From contig OZ244999.1 in the NCBI GenBank assembly GCA_965223265.1, positions 8,224,001 to 8,288,000 on the forward strand: a stretch of 64,000 nt of DNA, given 5' to 3'. Within the stretch, counting starts at the first letter, position 1. Each line of letters starts with the position of its first letter. The notes beneath the pieces are model-generated. The model did not search any database. It was not told the DNA's origin and saw only the letters and a program-made list of their open reading frames with translations. Made by a program: the position numbers and the translations under genes. Shown here piece after piece: positions 1-8,559 of the stretch. The DNA is from Planctomycetota bacterium. Lineage in GTDB: Bacteria; Planctomycetota; UBA8108; SXIK01.

Positions 1-378
1 CAGTCGTCCTTGTGGGTCGAAGAGAAGGCCGTTCGCCTTGTTGGACTTCGTCCGAAAAACGCCGAGCTTTCGCGTCCTCGGACTCCATGTGAGAATCTTT
101 TCTGCAGGAACGTTGGTGAAGAAGACGGTGCCGCCTCGGTCAACCGCTGGTCCCTCGGTGAAGACCTCGTTGTCTTCGACCTTGGCGAGGACTTCCACCT
201 CCGAGAGGTAGTCGTCACTCTTGAGATCGGAGTCGTCGCCGGCAAGTAGCGCCGACGTTGACGGGCGGAACAGAGCCGCTGATGCCACGACGCCCGTCAT
301 ACCGGCGCTGCGCGCGAGAAAATGCCGCCGCGACACGGCGTCGTCGATTCTGTTCGTGCTCTTCAGTTGCTCGTACAT
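1..378 (-). CDS. SMP-30/gluconolactonase family beta-propeller protein with Tat signal (3' end outside window)
   Basis: Hand translation from ATG at 378: MYEQLKS...VSRRHFLARSAG (twin-Arg motif)...FTEGPAVDRGGTVFFTNVP...KANGLLFDPQGRL, typical SMP-30 motifs; absent from the ORF track because it runs off the edge. Confidence 0.85.
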   Translation of the reverse strand, partial: MYEQLKSTNRIDDAVSRRHFLARSAGMTGVVASAALFRPSTSALLAGDDSDLKSDDYLSEVEVLAKVEDNEVFTEGPAVDRGGTVFFTNVPAEKILTWSPRTRKLGVFRTKSNKANGLLFDPQGRL

Positions 379-433
379 GGGTTTTGCCTCGGCTATTCTT
401 CTTCGATCTGACCGTCCACCGACGGCGTCGGAC

Positions 434-1651
434 TCACCCGTCCCTGGGTTGGAACTTGCGCAGATTCTTGAGTACCTCACGCGCGATCGGCATACTGCGA
501 AAGACGTAAACCTCGCCGGGGATGTCCTCGAGTTCCTCGTCCTCAACGTGGAGCTCCTTCGACAGCGCCAGGATCATATTCTCCGGTCCGTGGCTGCGCA
601 GAAGCTGCAGCCGCGGCGCGACACTCGAACGTCGCCAAAAGCCAAGGATTTCCATGTACGCCTTGGTCTGCGTCGGCGTGTGAACGAAAGCATGGTCGGG
701 GATGAGCACTCCCTGTCCACCGAGATCGACAATCTCTGCGGCCGCGCCCATCTCCCAGTCCGACTCAAGCTTGGCGAACTGAGCTTCGAAGGTACGGACC
801 TCCTCCGGAACGTACTGACCTTGCAGCTGTGTCACGGGCTCAAGCCCGTCTGCATCGCTGAGCTCGAGAGTCGTCGCGAGTCGTTTGACTCCCCAGCGCA
901 CCTCGGCTTTCAGTTTCCAACGCGGCACGTGAATCAGAGCTGGAAGGAGCTGAGCCATCTGCAAGCCGTACCGTTGTGACGATTTGAAGAGCGACAAAGG
1001 GCCGTCAAGCCTCAGGCGATAGCCACCGGAGGGGATGCTCTCGATCTCGTGCAGGAGTCGTAGGAACTTGATCTTGCGAAAGACCTCGCGGCAGCGCGTC
1101 GTGGTCACGTCGGCGAGTTCAACGACGAGCTGCGTCGCGCGCAGGAGAACCGCCTGCACCAGGGCGACGTTGTAACGCTTGAGCAGCCACTCGGGAGTGC
1201 AGCGGCGAAACTCTTGCAAGAGTTGTTCCGACTTCAAATCGGCGTAGAGGCCGTGCTCGAATGCATCGTCTTCGACGTCGAGTTCATCGCATACAGAGCG
1301 CTTGACCTCCGCACGCCGGAATCCCCACGACTCCGGGTTGGTGTAGACGTCCGCGGCAGCGCGAAAGGCTGCGCGCCGCAGCTCGGCCGGTTCGACGGCC
1401 GAACTCGTCTCGAACTCACAGCGATCCAGGAGAAGCTTGGCGAGCCCTCGCTGAAAGATGAAGGACGTGCCGACACCGACCAGGTCCTTCAATTCTTGCT
1501 CGAGCTCGCGGCGCGGCTTGCCCACGTGGCGCTCGAAGACGTCGACCAGCGTTGTTGCGAGCTCGAGCAGCGCAGCGTCGCCGGCGCTTACGTACTGCGG
1601 TCGCAACCTGCCGCCCCGCTGCGGGACTCGCACCAGATCACTGGTAAGCAC
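434..1651 (-). CDS. DUF790 family protein (Bax1-like PD-(D/E)xK endonuclease)
   Basis: MLTSDLVR start, LYADL..EQ, YNVALVQAVLLRA, LDGPLSLF...RYG, IPDHAF...YMEILGFW nuclease-like motif; overlaps the end of the XPB helicase gene. Confidence 0.85.
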   Translation of the reverse strand: MLTSDLVRVPQRGGRLRPQYVSAGDAALLELATTLVDVFERHVGKPRRELEQELKDLVGVGTSFIFQRGLAKLLLDRCEFETSSAVEPAELRRAAFRAAADVYTNPESWGFRRAEVKRSVCDELDVEDDAFEHGLYADLKSEQLLQEFRRCTPEWLLKRYNVALVQAVLLRATQLVVELADVTTTRCREVFRKIKFLRLLHEIESIPSGGYRLRLDGPLSLFKSSQRYGLQMAQLLPALIHVPRWKLKAEVRWGVKRLATTLELSDADGLEPVTQLQGQYVPEEVRTFEAQFAKLESDWEMGAAAEIVDLGGQGVLIPDHAFVHTPTQTKAYMEILGFWRRSSVAPRLQLLRSHGPENMILALSKELHVEDEELEDIPGEVYVFRSMPIAREVLKNLRKFQPRDG

Positions 1652-3011
1652 TATGTTTTCTCCGCCTGCTGCTGACGAATTCTTCGGACGTATCTTCGGT
1701 GACGACTTCGTAGAGTATGGCTCTCTTGTCTTCGGCGCGCCTGAGAATGCGTCCCAGGCGCTGGACGTGCTCGCGAACGCTGCCCGACCCGGAGAGAATG
1801 ACGCCGATGCTGGCCGCCGGCACGTCGACGCCCTCGTTGAGGACCTTCGACGTGACGAGGAAAGGGTAGTCGCCGGCGTTGAAGTTCTGAAGGATGTCGT
1901 GGCGCTCTTTGACTTTCGTCTGGTGGGTGATCGCGGGGATCAAGAAGCGGCGCGAGATTGAATACACGGTGTCGTTGTCGCTGGTGAAAATGAGCACCCG
2001 CTCGTGTCGATGCTGCGCCAACAGTTTTTCGAGTGCGTGTAGCTTGGCACGCGAGGCTTGGGCGATTCTTTTCTGCTCGCGGTAAGCGAGAAAGGCGCGG
2101 CGACCGTCTTCGCTGCGCGAGCTGAGCATGAGAAAGCGCGACCATCCATCTGGGCTGCCGACGAAGAGGCGGTTGCGGGCGACGAAATCGCGGTAGGTCG
2201 TCCGCGCTTGGTGGTAGCATTCTCGCTCCTCATCGGAGAGGTGAACCCGCAGCTTCACGGTCTCGTAGTCGGCCAGGTACTCGCCGGCGAGCGTCTTGAT
2301 CTCCTGACGAAAGACGGTGTCGCCGACCGCGTCGACGAGGCGTCTCTCCTCTCCATCCTCGCGCTCGAGCGTCGCCGTCAGGCCGAGGCGAAACGGCGCC
2401 ACGAGAAACTCAGCGGTCTGCAGATACGACGGCCCGGGCAGATGGTGGCACTCGTCGAAGACGACGAAGCCGAATCGATTGCCGAGGCGTTCCATGTGCA
2501 GGTAGGCCGAATCATAGGTCGACACCGTCACCGGCTTCGGCTCATGATAGCCGCCGCCGAGAAGGCCGACCTCAATACCGAAGTTGCTGCCGAGAACACC
2601 GTACCACTGCTGCATGAGGTCGATCGTCGGCGTCACGACGAGCGTGTCGCGCTGCGCCTGCAACATGGCCAATTCGGCGACAAACGTTTTGCCTGCGCCC
2701 GTCGGCAGGACGACGACACCACGGCCTTCAGCTTGCCACCACGCCTCGACTGCGGCCTTCTGGTAGGGAAACGGCTTGCGGTCGATCTGCAGTTGAACGC
2801 TGAGCTCTCCGTAATCACGCACGCCGTCCTCATACGGTATCCCTTGTCCCCTCAGCTCGGAGACCACGTTGCGGTAATACCTTCCCGGGGTGCGCCAAGC
2901 ATCGACGCGTGCGTCAAACGCGGCGCCGGCAAGCGCGAGTGGCTCGACGTCGACATCACCCCCGCCGCGAATGAGGATGGTCCCGCGATCGTAGCTGAGT
3001 GCGACAGGCAT
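1638..3011 (-). CDS. XPB/Rad25-like superfamily 2 DNA helicase
   Basis: Q-motif PFPYQ, Walker A LPTGAGKT, DECHH, GLTAT, LNEGVDVP, QRLGRILR; N-terminal XPB DRD-like region. Confidence 0.92.
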   Translation of the reverse strand: MPVALSYDRGTILIRGGGDVDVEPLALAGAAFDARVDAWRTPGRYYRNVVSELRGQGIPYEDGVRDYGELSVQLQIDRKPFPYQKAAVEAWWQAEGRGVVVLPTGAGKTFVAELAMLQAQRDTLVVTPTIDLMQQWYGVLGSNFGIEVGLLGGGYHEPKPVTVSTYDSAYLHMERLGNRFGFVVFDECHHLPGPSYLQTAEFLVAPFRLGLTATLEREDGEERRLVDAVGDTVFRQEIKTLAGEYLADYETVKLRVHLSDEERECYHQARTTYRDFVARNRLFVGSPDGWSRFLMLSSRSEDGRRAFLAYREQKRIAQASRAKLHALEKLLAQHRHERVLIFTSDNDTVYSISRRFLIPAITHQTKVKERHDILQNFNAGDYPFLVTSKVLNEGVDVPAASIGVILSGSGSVREHVQRLGRILRRAEDKRAILYEVVTEDTSEEFVSSRRRKHSAYQ

Positions 3012-3264
3012 GAAGCTGAGACGTGATGGCTGAATTCGGTGCTGCGGCGAGGAGGCGCGTCAGGGTTACGAACGAGTCGAAATTTGAAGACGCCGCATCC
3101 GTGCCGGGCGAGCCCTGTTTCAAAGGGCTGCCTGAGCATCTTCGGAGTGGGGACGTCTGCGGAGTCGCTGAGTCGTCACCGCAGGCTAACGTGGCCGGCT
3201 ACGTCGTGCCACTAGGTTCTTGAGAAGGTGACGGCGACGCGTCCACGTCGATGGATGCACCTAT

Positions 3265-3824
3265 CCCGCATTTCTCACCAGATTTCTACTGCGGTCCGTA
3301 AGTCGCGCTTTCGACCTCCCTCCTCGGTGGGACTCAACTACGTCAGACTTCACGCTTCGATCCTCAATGTGCAGGAAGCACGCCTGCGGTCGCCTCGCAA
3401 AGTCTTCCTTGCCACGACACGACTTACGGTTCCTCGCTACGGATTCTGGCGAGAAATGCGGGCCGACGCCCCCATTTCTCACCAGAATCCTACTGCGGTC
3501 CGTAAGTCGCGCCGTGGACAGCGTCAGACTTCACGCTTCGATCCTCAATGTGCAGGAAGCACGCCTGCGGTCGCCTCGCAAAGTCTTCCTTGCCACGACA
3601 CGACTTACGGTTCCTCGCTACGGATTCTGGCGAGAAATGCGGGCCGACGCCCCCATTTCTCACCAGAATCCTACTGCGGTCCGTAAGTCGCGCCGTGGAC
3701 AGCGTCAGACTTCACGCTTCGATCCTCAATGTGCAGGAAGCACGCCTGCGGTCGCCTCGCAAAGTCTTCCTTGCCACGACACGACTTACGGTTCCTCGCT
3801 ACGGATTCTGGCGAGAAATGCGGG
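3265..3824. mobile_element. Three tandem copies (181-bp period) of a non-coding MITE-like element with terminal inverted repeats
   Basis: Right ends GGATTCTGGCGAGAAATGCGGG at 3462, 3643, 3824; left ends CCC(G/C)CATTTCTCACCAGA(A/T)T; inner inverted pair CCGTAAGTCG/CGACTTACGG; flanked by CTAT (left) and CTAG (right). Confidence 0.75.
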
Positions 3825-5331
3825 CTAGCACTTCGCCGACGCGCCGGCCGCTGGTCATAGCCCAAGCGATGTGGAGCCCATGTCCCCAGAGCACCTGACC
3901 GCCCAGTCCATTTTGCCCGACGGCATAGAGGCCGGGAATCGGCCGACCGCTTTCGGCGTCGAGAACGCGACAGTCGATGTCGATCGCAGCGCCACCCTCG
4001 GTGGTCGTAAAGTATGCCTTGGCGGGACCGAGCAGGACCCAGTCGCCACTTGTGAGGCGTTTGCGACCATGGGACCGCCCCCACGTGTCCGTGTGCTCTG
4101 CCTCGAGACGAGCGTTGTAGCTTGCAACTTCGTCGACCAACCCATGGGCGTCCAAACCGCCGCGCCGTGCAAGCTCCGAGAGACTTCGCGCCCGCAGCGC
4201 AATGTCGGGGCGCAGTCGCAAATAGTCTTGTACGTAGGCGTAGGCGATTTGCGGCGCCGTGGAAATGAAGTGGGGCCACTGGCTGTAGCGCTCGATCAAG
4301 TCGCAGTCGAGGAGGAAGAAGCATTCCTTACCCGTCTGCAGCGCCGCGGCTGTCTCCCGCGCCGGCGACTCGAGCTCATTCACGAATCTTCGTCCCTCCC
4401 GGTTGACGAGAATCGCACCGTCTGCGAGCACTGCGTCCTCAGGGTGATGCCACGTGACGAGGACGCGACGAGCTACCCGCTGCAGGACCGATCCGGGGAC
4501 GAACGAGACGGCGCGGCGAATGACGCCGGCAAGCACGCCGCTCGACGGGAGAGAGTCGAGGCGGCTCTTTCCAGGGGGGCGCACGAAGCGGAGTTCAGGC
4601 CCATAGGTGACATCCATATTGACCAAACGGGCGCCGACGCTTTCGGCGAGAACGTGCCCGTCGCCGGTGGCAGCGGTGTTGATCCCGTCGATGCGCGCGA
4701 ACCCGTCGCCTTTGAAGCGCGCGATGAGCTCCGCGGAGGCGGCGTAGTCTCCAGCGGCGAGGGCGACCCCGAGGCGCGCCGTGGTCTCAACGTTTTTGCC
4801 TTCGTGGAAGAGTTTGACACCGACGACCTTGTCGGCGCTGCGAAGGATCTCTGTCACCTTGGCGTCATAGTAGATGTGCCCTCCGAGCTTGATCAACCTG
4901 CGCTTCAGTACGTCCACGTAGGCGCGTCCGTTCGGAATGACGTTGTGCATGCGCGCGGCGCGATTGGGAGGCTCGGGACTTGGGCCGTGAAACGTCAGGC
5001 CCATTCCCTTGAGCCACTCGAGGGTTGCCGCCGCGTCGGAGAGAAAGCTTCGACGCAGTTCCACATTGCCGCGCGTCTCGATCTCCGGCGGCGCGAACTT
5101 GGCAGCGTCTTCGACGTGTGCCTCGACGTCATCACTTATGTTCGCGCGCTCTTGTTCTGCTGTGTTACTGGCGGTGAAGGAACCGACTGCGAGTCGCGTG
5201 GTGCCGCCGGCGTAGGGCAACTTTTCGAGCACGACGACGCGCACGCCGTGCTCGGCCGCGCTCACCGCCGCGGCGAGTCCACTGCCTCCGGCACCAACGA
5301 TGATGACGTCATAGGAACTCTGTACGCTCAT
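3799..5331 (-). CDS. FAD-dependent oxidoreductase (fumarate reductase flavoprotein / 3-ketosteroid dehydrogenase-like, FAD_binding_2)
   Basis: DVIIVGAGGSGLAAA dinucleotide fold, LEK..GGTT, TGDG, LVNREGRRFVNE, TEGGAAID..RVL..IPGLYAVG. Confidence 0.85.
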   Translation of the reverse strand: MSVQSSYDVIIVGAGGSGLAAAVSAAEHGVRVVVLEKLPYAGGTTRLAVGSFTASNTAEQERANISDDVEAHVEDAAKFAPPEIETRGNVELRRSFLSDAAATLEWLKGMGLTFHGPSPEPPNRAARMHNVIPNGRAYVDVLKRRLIKLGGHIYYDAKVTEILRSADKVVGVKLFHEGKNVETTARLGVALAAGDYAASAELIARFKGDGFARIDGINTAATGDGHVLAESVGARLVNMDVTYGPELRFVRPPGKSRLDSLPSSGVLAGVIRRAVSFVPGSVLQRVARRVLVTWHHPEDAVLADGAILVNREGRRFVNELESPARETAAALQTGKECFFLLDCDLIERYSQWPHFISTAPQIAYAYVQDYLRLRPDIALRARSLSELARRGGLDAHGLVDEVASYNARLEAEHTDTWGRSHGRKRLTSGDWVLLGPAKAYFTTTEGGAAIDIDCRVLDAESGRPIPGLYAVGQNGLGGQVLWGHGLHIAWAMTSGRRVGEVLARISRQNP

Positions 5332-5383
5332 GGTTCAGTTTCTGAGCCAGCCGTCCAGAGCGGTCGTGGCACGAGATCCCGAT

Positions 5384-7132
5384 TCACCAGAAAACCCAGA
5401 AGCTGAGATAGAGAGCGATCAGAACGATCACGACACCGAGGACCAGCGGCAGCGTCGAGCTGCGCTCGGGCTCGGCACCGACGTCCACGCGCTGCGCTTG
5501 CAGCTGGCTCTCGCGTAGCCAGCCGCTCGTCTCGGCGTGAAGGAGCTCACCTTTCGGTTCCAGTCCGCGCGCTAGCGAGACCAAGAGCATGGTCGCGGCC
5601 GTGACGACGACGCTGGCGAGCACCGTTGCTTCCGGGGTCAGAAGTGCCGGGGGAAGAATCAGCGCACCGCCGTTTCCTGCCAACCAGCGTGCCACGAGAG
5701 CCCAAGTTCCGTAGCCGAAGCCGACGATGATGCCGATGGCGCCCGACGATCTATGAGCGCGCGTGAGCGTGCCGACCAGGTAGACGACGAACAGTGGCAT
5801 GACGAAGGCGCCGACAACTTCGACGTAGAACTCGAACATACCTTCCTTGAGAAAAGGGATGTACACGAACGATCCGAAGATCACGAATGGGGTCGTCCAG
5901 CGTCCGACGAGCAAGTAGTGTCGGTCATCGCGGTCGCGGACGAGTAGGCGACCGTAGACGTCGCGTGTGAAGAGCGCGGAAAGCGTCGAGCCGATCGAAT
6001 CGTAGGTCGAGAGCGTCGCTGCGAGAATGCCCGCGACCACGATGCCTTTGATGCCGAGCGTTGCATAGTCACGCACGAGTGCAGGAAACACGGCATCCGC
6101 CGCGAGCTCAGGTGGCACTCCGAGCGAGTCCCGGGTTGGAAACAGAGCCCGGCCGATGACGCCCATGGTCAGATTGAGAAAGGACGCGGCGAGCATCGCG
6201 ACGCCGGCAACGACAATCGACATCTTGAGGTCCCATTCGCTTCGCGCTCCGAACATGCGCATCGATTGCGTGTGATTGACCACCGAGTAGGCAAGTCCGA
6301 GGATGATCAAGCTGACACAGACGAGCCAACCCGGTATGCGGTGTTCGATCGCTTTGAGAGTCGCGTCGTACGAGCCTCCGTAGCGGAGTTTCGCGTCAAC
6401 TTCTCCCTGCGAGAGATCGCTGACGTCCTCCCTTTCGACACGATCTGCACCGATATGAAGGAGCTGCTCGGCGGCAGCGGGATCTTCCTTTTGAATCGAC
6501 GTTCTGATCCCCTCCCAGCCGTCCACTGCTTGCCACACGACGACGAAGAGAACGATGCTCGCAAGGATCATGATGATCGATTGCAGGGCGTCCGTCAGCG
6601 CCACGGATCGAAGTCCGCCCACCATTGTGTAGGCCGTGGCGATGGCCGCCAAGAGAACGACCGCTGACCAGGCGGATCCGGTCGACCAGCCGCAGACGAC
6701 TGAGAGCGTCAGAAAGAGCGAATTGCTCATAATGCCGAGGACGGTCGTGCGGTAAAGGACCTGCACGATGACCGACGTCGCTCTGGCCGCCGGGCCGAAA
6801 CGCGCCTCGAGATACTCGGCGTTGGTGTACATGCCGGCGCGGTACATGCGGATGGCGATGAAGTGCACCATCAGGAACCAACCGCAAACAACGCCGACCC
6901 AGTTGACGAGGAGCACGGAGAGTCCTTTGCGATAGGTCACGCCTGCGTCGGCGACCAGGTCGCTGGCGTCAATCGCTGTCGCATAGAGCGACAGCCCGAC
7001 GATCCACCAAGGCAGGGTGCGACCTGCTAAGAACCAATCGCTGCTCGTCTTGGTGTCGCGCGCTCGAAAGAGCGTGTAGAGGATGATCGAACCGTTAAGC
7101 AGGATGACGATCAACCAGTCGAGCGTAGTCAT
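5384..7132 (-). CDS. Sodium:solute symporter (SSS) family transporter
   Basis: WFLAGRTLPWW, EYLEARFG, YTMVGGLRSVALTDALQ, many TM helices. Confidence 0.92.
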   Translation of the reverse strand: MTTLDWLIVILLNGSIILYTLFRARDTKTSSDWFLAGRTLPWWIVGLSLYATAIDASDLVADAGVTYRKGLSVLLVNWVGVVCGWFLMVHFIAIRMYRAGMYTNAEYLEARFGPAARATSVIVQVLYRTTVLGIMSNSLFLTLSVVCGWSTGSAWSAVVLLAAIATAYTMVGGLRSVALTDALQSIIMILASIVLFVVVWQAVDGWEGIRTSIQKEDPAAAEQLLHIGADRVEREDVSDLSQGEVDAKLRYGGSYDATLKAIEHRIPGWLVCVSLIILGLAYSVVNHTQSMRMFGARSEWDLKMSIVVAGVAMLAASFLNLTMGVIGRALFPTRDSLGVPPELAADAVFPALVRDYATLGIKGIVVAGILAATLSTYDSIGSTLSALFTRDVYGRLLVRDRDDRHYLLVGRWTTPFVIFGSFVYIPFLKEGMFEFYVEVVGAFVMPLFVVYLVGTLTRAHRSSGAIGIIVGFGYGTWALVARWLAGNGGALILPPALLTPEATVLASVVVTAATMLLVSLARGLEPKGELLHAETSGWLRESQLQAQRVDVGAEPERSSTLPLVLGVVIVLIALYLSFWVFW

Positions 7133-7261
7133 AGAGAGTTCGTCAACAGGATGGGTTCAGGTGGGATTCTCTTCGTGCAGCGCGTCGCGGCTCGTAAGAG
7201 CGTCGTCGGAGACGCGAGAGGACCCGCAGGTTACGCGGAATTTCGCTGATTGTCCCGCGCT

Positions 7262-8428
7262 TTACGAGAAAATCTTGTCGTTGACCGTGACGCCAAGACC
7301 AGCGCCTGAAGGCGGCATCACCACCGCGCGCTGCGGCGTCGGTTCGCCGATAAAGATCGGCTCGATTTCCGCCGCCGGTAGCGAATCCCAGCACGGCAGC
7401 GGAAAGTATTCGACCATCGGGCAGCAGGGAGTGGCTGCCGCGAAGTGTAGGTGCGTGATCCCGTAGGCGTGCGGGATCAACGTCACACCAGCCGCAGCGG
7501 CGATCGCTGCGATCTTGCGCCCCTCGGTGAAACCGCCGCAGCGGCGAAGGTCTGGCTGGACGACATCCATCGCCTGTTTCTCGATGATCTGTTCAAAGCC
7601 GAACTTGGTGTACTCGTGCTCGCCGCCGGAGACCGGGATCGAGGTCTCTTGCCTCAGCTTCGCGTAGCTGTTGAGATCGTCGGGCATGAAGGGTTCCTCG
7701 ACCCACGCCAGACGGTAAGGCTCAAGCCGGCGGCACATCTTCTTGGCATACGTGAATTCCCAGCCCATGTAAGCGTCGGCCATGATCTCAACGTCAGGGC
7801 CGACAGCTTCGCGGACGTTCGCGACGTGCTCCTCGTTGCGTTTCATGCCGGCCGCGCCGTCGCCAGGCCCGCAGGGGAAACGCATTTTCATCGCGGTGTA
7901 GCCTTCGGCGACGTAGGCTCTCGCTTCCTCGTGCACCTTGTCGTGACCCACAGGATGGAGGGCAGAGGCGTAAACGGGAATCGACTCGCACACCGGCCCG
8001 CCGAGAAGCTCGTAGACCGGCTTTTCAAGCGCGCGCCCCATGAGATCCCAGAGCGCGATGTCGATGGCGCTGATCGCTTGCAGTGCGATCCCTTTGCGGC
8101 CGTAGGGCAGCGTGGCGCGGAACATTCGGTCCCAAAGGCCCTCGACCTCGAAAGGGTTCTGTCCGACGAGAAGTCGACTGAGATGCCTCTCGACGATGCG
8201 CCCTGTCGTTTCGCAGCCGTCCTCGCACCACCCGGTGCCGATGACGCCGGCATCGGTTTCGACGCGGACCACGGCCATACCGGAATCCCAGAACCAAGAA
8301 CCGCGCGTCGCCTTGAACTGGGTGTAGACGTCGAGCGGTGTTACCAGCGGCAGAGTCTTCTCGCGTTCAGCGAGGTGTCCCCAAATGGAACGCGCAGCGT
8401 GAGAGACTTGGACGCGAGTGATTTTCAT
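7262..8428 (-). CDS. Mandelate racemase/enolase superfamily acid-sugar dehydratase (L-rhamnonate dehydratase-like)
   Basis: True start MKITRVQV at 8428; YGRKG...ISAIDIALWDL, KMRFPCGP, MADAYMGW, WVEEP, GGEHE, QPD, PH. Confidence 0.85.
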   Translation of the reverse strand: MKITRVQVSHAARSIWGHLAEREKTLPLVTPLDVYTQFKATRGSWFWDSGMAVVRVETDAGVIGTGWCEDGCETTGRIVERHLSRLLVGQNPFEVEGLWDRMFRATLPYGRKGIALQAISAIDIALWDLMGRALEKPVYELLGGPVCESIPVYASALHPVGHDKVHEEARAYVAEGYTAMKMRFPCGPGDGAAGMKRNEEHVANVREAVGPDVEIMADAYMGWEFTYAKKMCRRLEPYRLAWVEEPFMPDDLNSYAKLRQETSIPVSGGEHEYTKFGFEQIIEKQAMDVVQPDLRRCGGFTEGRKIAAIAAAAGVTLIPHAYGITHLHFAAATPCCPMVEYFPLPCWDSLPAAEIEPIFIGEPTPQRAVVMPPSGAGLGVTVNDKIFS

Positions 8429-8559
8429 TGGCTTCTGCAGCGTTTTCGATGGTAGCGGTCGATCTGACCAGAATTCATCGGCGCGCTTGTGCACGTTCGG
8501 AGTGTGCCTGCTACTGTGGTGCGCCGAATGATAAACTCGAGGTGAATGGACGGCGAGGG

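Noticed and set aside
3265-3824. CRISPR array
   Set aside because: Units are 181 bp and repeated in full with no unique spacers; no cas genes nearby
3228-3898. Small ORFs with repeated peptides
   Set aside because: Translations of the non-coding tandem element
3871-5406. 511-aa plus-strand ORF
   Set aside because: Antisense shadow of the FAD oxidoreductase in high-GC DNA; no motifs
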